A stretch of DNA of 64,000 nt from Lachnospiraceae bacterium (GCA_009774245.1 VSNM01000005.1:21445-85444), one strand, 5' to 3'; shown: positions 1 through 10,423, numbered from the stretch's first letter. Made by a program: numbers and translations. Notes: generated by a model not told the origin, from the letters alone.

Positions 1-499
1 AGGCGGCGCTGACATTATCCTGATACCGGAAATCCCATATGATATCAATAAAATCATAAAGGCAATCCAGAAGCGCTCAGACAGAGGCAGCAAATTCACG
101 ATCCTTGCGGTAGCAGAAGGCGCTATTTCAAAGGAAGTGGCAGCTATGTCAAAGAAGGAACAGAAAAAGTACATGGCAGAGTACAAATATCCGAGTGTGT
201 CCTATGAGATCGCGGAGAAGATCAAGGAGAAGAGTGGTATGGAGGTGCGCGTTACTGTTCCGGGACACACACAGAGGGGCGGCAGTCCCGATCCGTATGA
301 CAGGGTATTTGCGAGCAGACTCGGCGCCGAGGCGTCCAAGCTGATTCTCAAGGGCGAGTATGGCTACATGGTCGGCTATCAGAACAGGGAGGTCGTAAAA
401 GTGCCTCTTGCCGATGTAGCCGGCAAGCTCAAGATGGTAGATCCCGACTCGACGATCATCAAGGAGGCAAAGATGCTTGGCATCAGCTTTGGCGATTAA
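1..499 (+). CDS. pfkA: 6-phosphofructokinase, 3' part (starts upstream of window)
   Basis: Frame is open from position 2 (GGADIILIPEIPY..., ILAVAEGA) and contains the PFK motif RVTVPGHTQRGGSP..YDR. Confidence 0.93.
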   Translation, partial: GGADIILIPEIPYDINKIIKAIQKRSDRGSKFTILAVAEGAISKEVAAMSKKEQKKYMAEYKYPSVSYEIAEKIKEKSGMEVRVTVPGHTQRGGSPDPYDRVFASRLGAEASKLILKGEYGYMVGYQNREVVKVPLADVAGKLKMVDPDSTIIKEAKMLGISFGD

Positions 500-545
500 G
501 AAGGGTATTGGGAGAGGCTTTTGAGTGGTTGAATAGGAGCGGACT

Positions 546-1562
546 TTGATTACAGAGGAATTATACGCGGAGCTCAAAAAGATTACGGAGGAAGAGGCGC
601 GGATACTAAACGGCGATACAAAGATCGAGACGGAAATCTATATGTCCCAGGAAGCGGGTGTCAGGGATGCGTATATTGTTGACGCGAAAAAGCTCCTGGA
701 TGCAGGAAAACTCATCCAGGTGCGTCCGCACACACGCTTTATCCATTTCCCGAAACATACGCACAATTACATCGAAATGATCTATATGTGCTGCGGCAGC
801 ACGCATCATGTGATTGACGGGGAGGATGTCCGGCTTCAGGAGGGGGAGGTCCTTTTCCTGAATCAGAGGGCGGAGCAGGAGATCTATCCGGCCTCTGAGG
901 ATGATATCGCAGTGAACTTTATTATTTTGCCGGAATTTTTTGACTATGTATTAAAAATGATCGGTGAGGAGAAAAATCTGCTGCGCGATTTTGTGATCGA
1001 CTGTCTGACTGGCGAAAACGAGGAAGCGGGATATCTGCATTTTAAGGTTGCAGGGATTCTTCCGATTCAAAATCTCGTGGAAAATCTGATCTGGTCCATC
1101 TGGAACAGACAGCCCAACCGGCGCAGCATCAATCAGGCGACGATGGGGCTGCTGTTTTTGCAACTGATGAACCACATGGAGCGCATACAGACGAATACAG
1201 AGAACAGCAGCCGGCGGCTTCTCATTGAAGTGTACGCTTATATCGAGGAGCATTATCGGGACGGGGAGCTGACGGAGCTGGCTGGATTATTAAATTACGA
1301 TGTGTGCTGGCTGTCAAAGGAGATTAAGAGAAAGACCGGCCGCAACTACACAGAGCTGGTGCAGGAAAAACGGCTGAATCAGGCGGCATATCTGCTGCAG
1401 AACACAGCCATGTCCGTCATGGATATCGGATTGTCTGTGGGGTATGACAATCAGAGCTATTTTCATCGGATTTTTCAGAGACAGTATGGCATGACGCCGA
1501 GGAAATACCGGATTGACAGAGATCAGGATACTTTCGTATCAGTGGGAAGGAGCTTTCAATGA
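546..1562 (+). CDS. AraC family transcriptional regulator with cupin domain
   Basis: N-terminal cupin FPKHTHNYIEMIY; C-terminal HTH IGLSVGYDNQSYFHRIFQRQYGMTPRKYR; TTG start after GGAG. Confidence 0.9.
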   Translation: MITEELYAELKKITEEEARILNGDTKIETEIYMSQEAGVRDAYIVDAKKLLDAGKLIQVRPHTRFIHFPKHTHNYIEMIYMCCGSTHHVIDGEDVRLQEGEVLFLNQRAEQEIYPASEDDIAVNFIILPEFFDYVLKMIGEEKNLLRDFVIDCLTGENEEAGYLHFKVAGILPIQNLVENLIWSIWNRQPNRRSINQATMGLLFLQLMNHMERIQTNTENSSRRLLIEVYAYIEEHYRDGELTELAGLLNYDVCWLSKEIKRKTGRNYTELVQEKRLNQAAYLLQNTAMSVMDIGLSVGYDNQSYFHRIFQRQYGMTPRKYRIDRDQDTFVSVGRSFQ

Positions 1563-1993
1563 CCAGAGTCAATTTTTATGATCATGTTGAGGACGCACTG
1601 TTAAGATTTGCCGTCATAATTGCAAGGCATAATGGGAAATGGGTATTCTGCAAGCATAGGGAGAGAAGTACATGGGAGGTACCGGGAGGACATCGGGAAG
1701 CAGGCGAGGATATTCTTGATACAGCAAAGAGGGAGCTGTACGAGGAGACAGGAGCAGTTGATTTTGTGATAGAGCCCGTATGTATCTATTCTGTGATCGC
1801 GCCAGACAACTTTGACGGAGCAGAGTCGTTCGGAAAGCTGTACGTGGCAGAGATACATACTTTTGAAAAGGAACTGCACAGCGAGATTGAGCGGATAGCG
1901 ATCATGGACGAGCTGCCAGAGCGCTGGACCTATCCTGAAATCCAGCCAAAGCTTTTGGAGGAAGCGGGAAGAAGGGGATTCCTGCCGGAATGA
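1559..1993 (+). CDS. NUDIX hydrolase
   Basis: Nudix box GGHREAGEDILDTAKRELYEETG. Confidence 0.92.
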   Translation: MTRVNFYDHVEDALLRFAVIIARHNGKWVFCKHRERSTWEVPGGHREAGEDILDTAKRELYEETGAVDFVIEPVCIYSVIAPDNFDGAESFGKLYVAEIHTFEKELHSEIERIAIMDELPERWTYPEIQPKLLEEAGRRGFLPE

Positions 1994-2105
1994 AAACAAA
2001 TCAGGACACTTTTGGGGACAAAAGGTGTGTGCTTTGATATGTTGAAGACTGAAAGGCGCATAAATACGGTATTTTTTGCGAGTTATATCGTAAATAAGTA
2101 GAGAA

Positions 2106-2126
2106 TTTACACCAATTTTACACCAA
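2106..2126 (+). repeat. Direct repeat TTTACACCAA x2 (11-bp period), possible integrase arm-type site or regulator box
   Basis: Copies at 2106-2115 and 2117-2126, at the start of the mobile/decayed region. Confidence 0.4.
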
Positions 2127-2263
2127 ACGCAAATGAGAGCCTTAATATGATATGAATTAAATATATTAGGACATCAGCATAAGTCCTTTATCAGTTGTAG
2201 AAGTATGATTGATAGAGGGATTATTTTGATGCCTTAAAATATCATGATAACATAAAACAAATC

Positions 2264-3326
2264 GGCGTGTTTCAAATTCTATTGACAAATAAATAAAAAA
2301 AGGAAACATACAACCTTCATCCGTGTTAAAATATAATTGTAAAGAAAATCTAACGGGAGGTGATTGTATGTTTCTTAAATTATATTTTACCAGTATCTTG
2401 AAAGGATGTAAATAATAAAGGATATCTGTATACAGCCAGATGTTTTTCATGAACTTCGACCTGTCGGTGCTGAAGTGACCCGGCTGGAACGAAAGGCAGA
2501 AAAACTGATATCACAGGAGGCAGAACTCGATAGACGTGCCCGTGGGACAAACCCGAGAAAAAAGACATTGGAGCAGCTTTCACAGATACATTCAAAAGTG
2601 GAGACGGCAATCCATGAATATGAACTGCTTCTGGTATTGTTTTCCTGGCTTGTGGAGATATTCGGATTCTGCGGATATCCGTTTCAGGATACAAGTATGC
2701 TTGCGCACTGGATCCTTTCTGAAATGGAAACTGCTTGAACAGGCCAAAAGAATCAGGGGAAAAATCCCACAGATACTGTCATTTGCATCCCGGCTTGAGA
2801 AGGAACTGGCCGGGTCGTCCCGAGAGAAAGGAATCCCGCCAGAAACTTATGAAATGATGTACCGCCAGAAAGCTTTCCAGACATGCAGTGATGAATATAT
2901 CCGGCTGGAATACAGGCTGGGGGAACTGCTGGGAGATGATTATATTACGGCAAGACAGGAATTTAACTATATACTGGATCATACAAAAAGGGCAAGCAGC
3001 CTGGTAGAAAACCTTAACAGCAGGATCAGGGTATATATGGATCTAAAAAGGACTGTACCAGGGAGATATTTCACATTAATGAAAGTATATTTTAATACAA
3101 GGAAATATCACCGCAGCAGAGTCAGGGAGCGTATAGGAAAAAGTCCAATAGAACTTCTGACAGGGAAAAAATATCCTGATTTTCTGGAGGTACTGGGGTA
3201 TTAAAGATATATTAATATATTGTCGTAGTACTCAATAAGAGCAACAGAGATCCCAGGGGGGATTTCTGCGCCAAATTAGGTTTAACAGGAGGTGTCAACT
3301 ATTTCTGTCTTAATTTGAAACACGCC
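2264..3326 (+). mobile_element. Internally deleted insertion sequence (1063 bp) with perfect 15-bp terminal inverted repeats
   Basis: GGCGTGTTTCAAATT at 2264-2278 and AATTTGAAACACGCC at 3312-3326 enclose transposase fragments. Confidence 0.85.
2368..3204 (+). pseudogene. Transposase pseudogene (deleted and frameshifted)
   Basis: RBS GGAGGTG plus ATG at 2368 opens only a 15-codon ORF; fragments at 2475-2738 and 2536-3204 are in different frames; C-terminus KRASSLVENLNSRIR...RIGKSPIELLTG...FLEVLGY is transposase-like. Confidence 0.75.
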
Positions 3327-3520
3327 ACTTTTTTTCTGATATTTCCTTGTCAAAAGGATTAAATTCCATTCCCCAGTATGCCTTATACATCCGCATCACC
3401 CCCATCCATTTCGCTGTAACTGATATTTGCACGGTGTCGGAGCTTGACAGGCTGTTTTCCTCTCTCCATGAGGATAAGGTCATGGAGCGTATCACCGGGT
3501 GGAATTTCGAGATGATTTCG
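3327..3520 (-). pseudogene. Remnant of an ExeA-type AAA ATPase 5' end and the 3' end of the overlapping upstream (probably DDE integrase) gene
   Basis: MYKAYWGMEFNPFDKEISEKK (ATG at 3390) is cut exactly at the IS right TIR; the upstream frame ends ...ANISYSEMDGGDADV*, overlapping that start. Confidence 0.6.
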
Positions 3521-3645
3521 GGGAGATACCAGAAAAAACAGCTTGAAATCGAAGCGTGGCTGAGGGAAGTAACGAAAACCCTCAATGAAACAAGTGTTTT
3601 AGGGATTAGCGAGCCAGTATTTTGAATGGCTGCAAAACTGTAAAA

Positions 3646-3685
3646 TTTTACACAGATTTTACACAAACCATCTTTTAGATTTTAC
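3646..3685 (+). promoter_or_regulatory. Pho-box-like direct repeats
   Basis: TTTTACACA at 3646-3654 and 3657-3665 (11-bp period), plus TTTTAC at 3680-3685, upstream of a phosphate transporter; matches the Firmicute PhoP TT(A/T)ACA repeat pattern. Confidence 0.65.
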
Positions 3686-3740
3686 TTAGGCCAGATACCA
3701 TTTGACTATAAGAAAATTCTTGGGGGAGGATTATGGTCAG

Positions 3741-5510
3741 ATGGATTTCTTTGCATTGCTGACAATGGTTGGCGGGCTGGCATTATTTTTATATGGAATG
3801 AAAACGATGGGAGACGCCTTGTCAAAAATGGCGGGCGGCAGGCTGGAACAGGTACTGGAGCGTATGACGGATAATCCCGTGAAGGCTGTCCTGCTTGGGG
3901 CGGGCGTGACAGCGGTGATCCAGTCTTCTTCCGCGACAACGGTTATGGTAGTGGGGTTTGTCAATTCCGGTGTTATGAAGCTGTCACAGGCAGTCGGCGT
4001 GATCATGGGTGCAAATATCGGTACGACAGTTACCTCATGGATTCTAAGCCTTTCCGGCATCGAAAGCGGGAATTTCTTTGTAAAACTTCTGAAACCTTCG
4101 TCTTTTTCCCCAGTACTGGCGCTCATCGGCGTGATACTGGTAATGTTTGTCAAAAATACGAAAAAGAATGATGTGGGAACGATTCTGATCGGGTTTGCGG
4201 TGCTGATGTTTGGAATGGATACCATGAGCAGTGCCGTAAAGCCGCTTGCAGACGTGCCGGAATTTACCTCACTTTTTACGGCATTTGCAAACCCTCTTTT
4301 AGGTTTGATAGTCGGAGCGGTTTTAACCGCAGTGATCCAGAGTTCTTCTGCTTCTGTTGGTATTTTACAGGCAATGTGTGCCACCGGAGGCGTGACGGTG
4401 GGGGCTGCGCTTCCTGTGATTATGGGGCAGAATATCGGAACTTGTGTCACAGCCCTGCTTTCCGGCGTCGGGGCAAACAGGAATGCAAGAAGGGCGTCTT
4501 TGGTACATCTGTATTTTAACCTGATAGGCACACTTGTATTTATGGCAACCTTTTATGGCTTGAATCATTTTGTACAGTTTGCTTTTTTAGCAGATACGGC
4601 AAACGGCGCAGTCATTGCGGTGATACACAGCGTATTTAATGTTGCCGCGACAATTATGCTGCTTCCTGCTTCCGGGCTGCTGGTAAAACTCGCATATTTT
4701 ACCATTCCGCAGTCAGGGGACGAGACACTGGAAACATCAGAAAGAGTGCTGGACGAAAGATTTCTGGAAAAGCCTGCCTTTGCAGTAGCACAATGTAAAA
4801 ATGCGGTATGTGATATGGCGCAGCTTATCTTGAAAGCAATGAATTTATGCGTATCCGTGCAGGAAAAGTATGATGAAAATGCGGTGCAGACAGTTATGGA
4901 AATTGAGCAGGAGGTAGATGCCAGGGAAGATGAGTTATCGTCCTATCTGGCAAAACTTTCCTCAAAGCCTCTTTCAGAGCAGGACAGCAAAACCATCAGT
5001 CAGTTTAGCAGGTGCATTACGGATTTTGAGAGGATATCCGATTATACGAAAGGCATCGCATTTGCTCAGAAGAAGCTGCATAAGAGTAAAGAAAAATTTT
5101 CAAGGAAAGCCGCTGCCGAAGCAGGGCTGATCTATGAGGCAACTCTCGAGATCGTGGAATGTACGGTTTCAGGTTTTATACATGGGGACGAGGAGATGGC
5201 TTTCCGCATTGATCCACTTGCCGACGTGATCAGTCTGGTTAAAAAAGATATCAGGAAGAATCATGGCAAGCGGCTGGAAAAGGGAAAGTGCTCCGTGGAA
5301 CTCGGCATGGCGCTTACAGATATGGCCACTTCCCTGGATCGTATTGCGAAGCATTGTTCCAACATAGCGGAGGAGCAGATGGCATCCGGGACAGACCGGC
5401 ACGCATTACACCAGTATGCACGGGACGTCAAGGAGGGGAACGGGCTGTATAAGGAGCTGCTTGAAGAATATACGGAAAAGTATTCGCTGAAAAAACTTGA
5501 GGAAACATAA
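3741..5510 (+). CDS. Na/Pi cotransporter family protein with C-terminal PhoU-like domains
   Basis: GGLALFLYGM, two QSSSA(T/S) and GANIGTT/GQNIGTC repeats, DFERISD; probable start MDFF at 3741. Confidence 0.92.
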   Translation: MDFFALLTMVGGLALFLYGMKTMGDALSKMAGGRLEQVLERMTDNPVKAVLLGAGVTAVIQSSSATTVMVVGFVNSGVMKLSQAVGVIMGANIGTTVTSWILSLSGIESGNFFVKLLKPSSFSPVLALIGVILVMFVKNTKKNDVGTILIGFAVLMFGMDTMSSAVKPLADVPEFTSLFTAFANPLLGLIVGAVLTAVIQSSSASVGILQAMCATGGVTVGAALPVIMGQNIGTCVTALLSGVGANRNARRASLVHLYFNLIGTLVFMATFYGLNHFVQFAFLADTANGAVIAVIHSVFNVAATIMLLPASGLLVKLAYFTIPQSGDETLETSERVLDERFLEKPAFAVAQCKNAVCDMAQLILKAMNLCVSVQEKYDENAVQTVMEIEQEVDAREDELSSYLAKLSSKPLSEQDSKTISQFSRCITDFERISDYTKGIAFAQKKLHKSKEKFSRKAAAEAGLIYEATLEIVECTVSGFIHGDEEMAFRIDPLADVISLVKKDIRKNHGKRLEKGKCSVELGMALTDMATSLDRIAKHCSNIAEEQMASGTDRHALHQYARDVKEGNGLYKELLEEYTEKYSLKKLEET

Positions 5511-5658
5511 ATTATCGATAAAATGCAGCTTCATTTTTAGGATTGTGTATCCATTGTGAAACAACTTATAAATATACATTGTAAATGGCAGATAAAGATT
5601 TTATAATCAAAGAAATAAATCAGGATTTATGAGGCTAAGACTAAATAAGGAGCATATT

Positions 5659-5883
5659 ATGAAAAAAATATTTTGTGGTGCAGTGATAGCTTTAATGGGC
5701 GTAACTTATTCAATAGCACTTATGGTACTGGCAACGGTTAATGATGTGCATGGTAATGGAGTATCTGGATTGTGGGGATTGTTACAAGGATATGATGCGG
5801 AACTTCCGTTTATCATATCTTTATGTGTTGTTATGATTGGGATTGCCGTATGTATTTGGGGAGTATTTGAAAAGGAAAAATAA
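5659..5883 (+). CDS. Small two-TM membrane protein, hypothetical
   Basis: AAGGAG RBS, two hydrophobic segments, AT-rich. Confidence 0.7.
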   Translation: MKKIFCGAVIALMGVTYSIALMVLATVNDVHGNGVSGLWGLLQGYDAELPFIISLCVVMIGIAVCIWGVFEKEK

Positions 5884-5968
5884 TGTAATTCCCGTTTACG
5901 GAGCTATTAAGCCGTGGCAGACTGAGTGATGCATGATTTAAAAATTTCAGGGAAAGGAAGCTGGAGCT

Positions 5969-6640
5969 ATGCCACTAATCTATATTTTGGAAGATGATAA
6001 AAATATTCAGGAGATAGAATATTATGCCATCAAGGGTAACGGATATGATGTGCGAGCGTTTGATGACGCGGGAGCTTTTGACAGGGGCATGCAGGAAATG
6101 AAGCCGGATTTACTGCTGCTTGATGTCATGCTGCCGAAGGAGGACGGACTGTCCGTACTCAAAAGGCTCCGCGCGGATAATGACACCAAGGAACTGCCCG
6201 TCATACTTGTGACTGCGAAAGATTCGGAGATCGATACCGTCAGGGGACTTGACCTGGGGGCTGACGACTACATCACAAAACCGTTTGGCGTGATGGAGCT
6301 GATATCACGGATTAGGGCGATCCTGCGGCGCATCAGGCCGGTGGGCGATGACGTGGCCTTAAAATATAAAAATATATACCTGGACCAGGAAAGACGGGTC
6401 TGCCTTGTGGACAGGGAAAATGTGGAACTGACATTCAAGGAGTATGAGCTGCTCCGGCTGTTCCTTTCCAATCCGGGGATTGTGCTGACAAGGGAAATCA
6501 TCATGGAAACGGTATGGGGGACGGATTTTGCGGGGGAAAGCAGGACTGTTGACATGCATATCAAAACACTCCGCAAAAAGCTGGGTGAAGCGGGCAGCCT
6601 GGTCATTACTGTGAGGAATGTGGGGTATAAGCTGGAATGA
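5969..6640 (+). CDS. OmpR/PhoP-family response regulator
   Basis: EDD, LLDVMLP, LGADDYITKPF, winged helix RTVDMHIKTLRKKL, TVRNVGYKL. Confidence 0.95.
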   Translation: MPLIYILEDDKNIQEIEYYAIKGNGYDVRAFDDAGAFDRGMQEMKPDLLLLDVMLPKEDGLSVLKRLRADNDTKELPVILVTAKDSEIDTVRGLDLGADDYITKPFGVMELISRIRAILRRIRPVGDDVALKYKNIYLDQERRVCLVDRENVELTFKEYELLRLFLSNPGIVLTREIIMETVWGTDFAGESRTVDMHIKTLRKKLGEAGSLVITVRNVGYKLE

Positions 6641-7962
6641 GGCAGAAAATAAACAGACAGTTCACCGTCATCGCGCTTTTTTCCGTTGTGATCACCACGA
6701 TTGTCATGACCGCGGTTTTTTATGCGCAGTTAAAAAAACAGGTTTTTTCTGACCTGGCAGTTGTGGCAGATATACTGACGGATGGAGGCTCCTGTGAGCG
6801 AAAAATAGACAATTTAAGAATTACACTGATCGATACGGACGGTAAGGTTCTGTCTGATTCCACGGTAGACGGGCAGTCGCTTGCCAACCATCTGGGCCGG
6901 CCGGAAATTGCGGAGGCGGTATCTTCCGGAACCGGTATGGGGATCAGAAAGTCGGATACCCTGTCGGAGAGCGTATTTTACTATGCAAAAAAACTGGATA
7001 ACGGGCAGATACTCAGGGTAGGAAGGGAGGCGCACAGCGTTGTGGCCGTCCTTCTGTCCGCCCTGCCAATGGTGCTGACGACGGCGCTGCTCCTTGCGGC
7101 CATCTGTCTGATGGTGTCGCATTACCTTACCTCCGCCATTGTGAAGCCGATCGATGAGATGGCAGGGGACATGGAGCATATTGATGAGGGGAAAAGTTAT
7201 CCGGAGCTGATCCCTTTTACAAGAAAAATCCGCTTACAGCATGAGGAAATCCTGTCTGCCGCTAATATCAGGCAGGAATTTACCGCCAACGTAAGCCATG
7301 AACTCAAAACGCCCCTTGCGGCGATATCAGGCTACGCAGAGCTGATGGAGGCAGGGCTTGTGGATGAAAAGGAGATGAAGCGCTTTGCGGGGGAAATCCG
7401 CAAAAGCGCGGCAAGGCTGCTTACCCTGATCAATGACATTCTGAAGCTCTCACAGTTAGATGCAGGAAATGCAAAGGATGTCCTTGACGTGGTAAATCTG
7501 GCGGAGATTGCAAAGGAAAGCGTGGAGATGCTCTCTTACGGGGCGGCGAAAAATGGTATTGACATCGTGTATGAAGGGGAGGACAGGGCCGATGTCCATA
7601 TCGGAAAGGAACTTGCGCAGGAACTTGCCTACAACCTGATTGAGAACGCCATAAGGTATAACAAACCAGACGGCAGGGTGACTGTAGAAGTGCAGAAAGA
7701 TGGGCAGCAGGTAATCTTTTCTGTGGAGGATACCGGCATCGGCATTCCGCCGGAGCATCAGGAGCGGATTTTTGAACGTTTTTACCGGGTGGATAAGAGC
7801 CGGTCGAAGGAGCTTGGAGGCACGGGGCTTGGGCTTGCGATTGTAAAGCATATCTGTAACCTGACAGATGCGGATGTTAGCCTGACGAGTAAGCCGGGGG
7901 GCGGAACGAAGATACTTGTTGTCTGGGGCAGGGGCAGCGCCAGAATGATCAAGGAACTGTAA
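6637..7962 (+). CDS. PhoR-like sensor histidine kinase
   Basis: Two TMs, ANHLGRPEI, EFTANVSHELKTPL, NLIENAIRYN, DTGIGI, FYRVDKSRS, GGTGLGLAIVKH; ATGA overlap with the regulator. Confidence 0.93.
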   Translation: MRQKINRQFTVIALFSVVITTIVMTAVFYAQLKKQVFSDLAVVADILTDGGSCERKIDNLRITLIDTDGKVLSDSTVDGQSLANHLGRPEIAEAVSSGTGMGIRKSDTLSESVFYYAKKLDNGQILRVGREAHSVVAVLLSALPMVLTTALLLAAICLMVSHYLTSAIVKPIDEMAGDMEHIDEGKSYPELIPFTRKIRLQHEEILSAANIRQEFTANVSHELKTPLAAISGYAELMEAGLVDEKEMKRFAGEIRKSAARLLTLINDILKLSQLDAGNAKDVLDVVNLAEIAKESVEMLSYGAAKNGIDIVYEGEDRADVHIGKELAQELAYNLIENAIRYNKPDGRVTVEVQKDGQQVIFSVEDTGIGIPPEHQERIFERFYRVDKSRSKELGGTGLGLAIVKHICNLTDADVSLTSKPGGGTKILVVWGRGSARMIKEL

Positions 7963-7997
7963 ACAGTTTCTATATAAAAGATTTGGAGGTTAAAGAC

Positions 7998-8948
7998 ATG
8001 GAGATGGTATTACAGATATTTTTATTGGCCGCAGGGTTTACGATGCTTATTAAGGGTGCGGATTTTTTTGTGGATGGTTCCTCAGGAATTGCTTCGAAGT
8101 TTGGGATTCCGCAGCTTGTGGTCGGGCTGACCATTGTCGCGATGGGAACAAGTGCCCCCGAGGCCGCGGTAAGCATCTCGGCGGCGCTTAAGGGGAATGC
8201 TGGCATTACCATCGGAAATGTGGCGGGAAGCAATATTCTGAATATCCTTGTCATCTTAGGACTTACGGCATTTTTGACAAAAAAAGTAGTTCCTGTTGCA
8301 TCTTCGACTATAAAATATGAAATGCCCTTTATGGTTGTAACAATGTTAATCCTCCTCTGGATGGGATATGTGGGAAATGAGATATCAAGACTGGAAGGAG
8401 CCGGATTATGGGTTGTTTTCGTGTTATATCTTTTTTATCTCTTAAAGATGGCAAAAAAAGGTGATGACAAGAATTCAAAGGACGATGCGGGAGAAGATAA
8501 AAAGGAAAAAAGTATGGGAATGCTGCTTCTGTTCACAGTTGCCGGTCTTGCGCTTATCGTGCTCGGAAGCAGCGTCACCGTGGATGCGGCGACGGCGATT
8601 GCAAGGATCATAGGCCTGAGTGAGCGGTTTATCGGGCTTACGATTGTGGCGCTGGGAACCTCCCTGCCGGAATTGTTCACATCTGTTTCAGCGGCGCGAA
8701 AAGGCAGCGCGGATATTGCGATCGGAAATATTGTGGGAAGCAATATTTTTAATATCCTTTTTGTGGTAGGGACATCTGCGCTGATCACACCGGTCGCTTT
8801 CGAGAGTAAATTTATCGTGGATTTCATGGTGGCTGTGGCGGCGGGCGTGCTGCTGTGGGTTTTCTCTCACAGTGGAAAGAGCCTGAACCGTGCGGAGGGC
8901 GGCGTGCTGCTGCTTGGATATCTGGGATATTTTATCTATTTACTGTAA
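7998..8948 (+). CDS. Calcium/sodium antiporter (YrbG-like)
   Basis: Two alpha repeats: GTSAPE...GNVAGSNILN and GTSLPE...GNIVGSNIFN. Confidence 0.93.
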   Translation: MEMVLQIFLLAAGFTMLIKGADFFVDGSSGIASKFGIPQLVVGLTIVAMGTSAPEAAVSISAALKGNAGITIGNVAGSNILNILVILGLTAFLTKKVVPVASSTIKYEMPFMVVTMLILLWMGYVGNEISRLEGAGLWVVFVLYLFYLLKMAKKGDDKNSKDDAGEDKKEKSMGMLLLFTVAGLALIVLGSSVTVDAATAIARIIGLSERFIGLTIVALGTSLPELFTSVSAARKGSADIAIGNIVGSNIFNILFVVGTSALITPVAFESKFIVDFMVAVAAGVLLWVFSHSGKSLNRAEGGVLLLGYLGYFIYLL

Positions 8949-8976
8949 ATCATAATCTTTGGGAGAGAGGTGTGGG

Positions 8977-9767
8977 ATGGACGGAATAAACAGAACCTTA
9001 TATATTCCGCTCTATGGCAGGGCAAAAGTCAGTAAAATGGGAATTATCCTTAATGACAAGTCCGCAGAGGAGATTTGGGAAAAGAACCCTGTACCTCTGG
9101 GTAAACAGTCAAAGTCAAGGTGGCTAACTTATTTCATGGCAATGCGGGCAAGGCAGTTTGATGACTGGGCAAAAATGCAGTTAGCGGATCATCCGGATGC
9201 CATTGTGCTGCATATTGGATGCGGTTTGGACAGTCGTGTAAAACGAGTAAACGGACATAACCATCCGTGGTATGATATTGATTTTCCGGATGTGATCGCC
9301 GAACGCCGCCGTTTTTTTGCCGGGAGCGGGGAATACAGGATGCTTCCTGGAGATGTATCGTCTTTGGAGTGGCTGTCAGGGATTGATTATTGCGGCACTG
9401 CCGTAATAATCATGGAAGGGGTCAGCATGTATCTTGCGCCAGATACGTTAAAAGGTTTATTTGCAGCGTTGACACAGCATTTTTCAGGTGTGCATCTGCT
9501 GATGGATGTTTACACACAATTTGGTGCGCAAATGTCTAAATTAAAGAATCCCATAAAAGAGGCTGGCGTAACACAGACATATGGGGGGGGGATGTTCCGG
9601 AGATACTTCCTGATGCATGTGAGCTCAAATATATCCGCGAGCATTCTATGACGCCGCCCAATTTGATAAATGAGCTGCAGGAACCTGATCGGTTTGTTTT
9701 CAGGAAACTCTATGCGGGAAGTTTCGCAAGGAAAATATATCGGTTATATGAGTATCAAAAGGGATGA
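8977..9767 (+). pseudogene. Class I SAM-dependent methyltransferase (LCM/O-methyltransferase-like), frameshifted at a G9 run
   Basis: TLYIPLYGRA, VLHIGCGLDSR, WYDIDFPDVI, IMEGVSMYL; after G9 (9583-9591) another frame continues DVPEIL...YRLYEYQKG* to 9767. Confidence 0.8.
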
Positions 9768-9793
9768 AGCTTTAAAAAGAGAGGTGGAAACAT

Positions 9794-10283
9794 ATGCAAA
9801 AGAAACTCATTCTGGTTATCCAAACATATATTTGCAGTGGCCGGGCAGCCGTTTGAATGCAGCAGCGATTTCTTTGAACAGTATATCAGGAATCCAGAGT
9901 ATGACTGTATCGTGGCGCTGGAAGCTTTGGATTATGAGGATATTGTGCTCATCAATGCTCCCTTTACCAGGGAAATCCGGAATATGGAATATATCCTGAA
10001 CCTGAAAGACAGGCTAAGGGAGAAAAATGCCAATCTTGTCGTTGTCTGGGTGGAGACGTCCCCGGAGATTGTACATGAACGCATGATCCTCAGAAATTCG
10101 GAGCGCGATACATGGAAGCTGGCGCACTGGGATGAGTACCTTGCGGAGTGTAATTTTAATATCCCGTCTAACCTTGATGACCCGAAGATCAAGGACGATC
10201 TCCTTATCATCAAGAATGATAACCGGCAGGAACTGGAGGTTTCCATGAAAGAGGTGCTGGATATCCTGGAAGACAATGTATGA
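9794..10283 (+). pseudogene. P-loop kinase/AAA-like protein with an internal deletion
   Basis: RBS GAGGTG then MQKKLILV, joined out of frame at about 9818 to SKHIFAVAGQPF...LINAPF...RNSERD; no Walker A present. Confidence 0.65.
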
Positions 10284-10423
10284 CGGAGGGGTGTGTAAAA
10301 TGACAAGTGGCTGTATAGGGATATTGGCTGTGACTGCCAATCCTCATAAAGAAGCAGTGGACCTGGTGGAACAGCAGACGGATGAGCTTGTTCGGGATAC
10401 CTGTCAATCAGGAGATATCTGCC

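Noticed and set aside
2166..2694. Minus-strand ORFs across the IS left end
   Set aside because: They cross the TIR or lie antisense to the transposase, and have no motifs.
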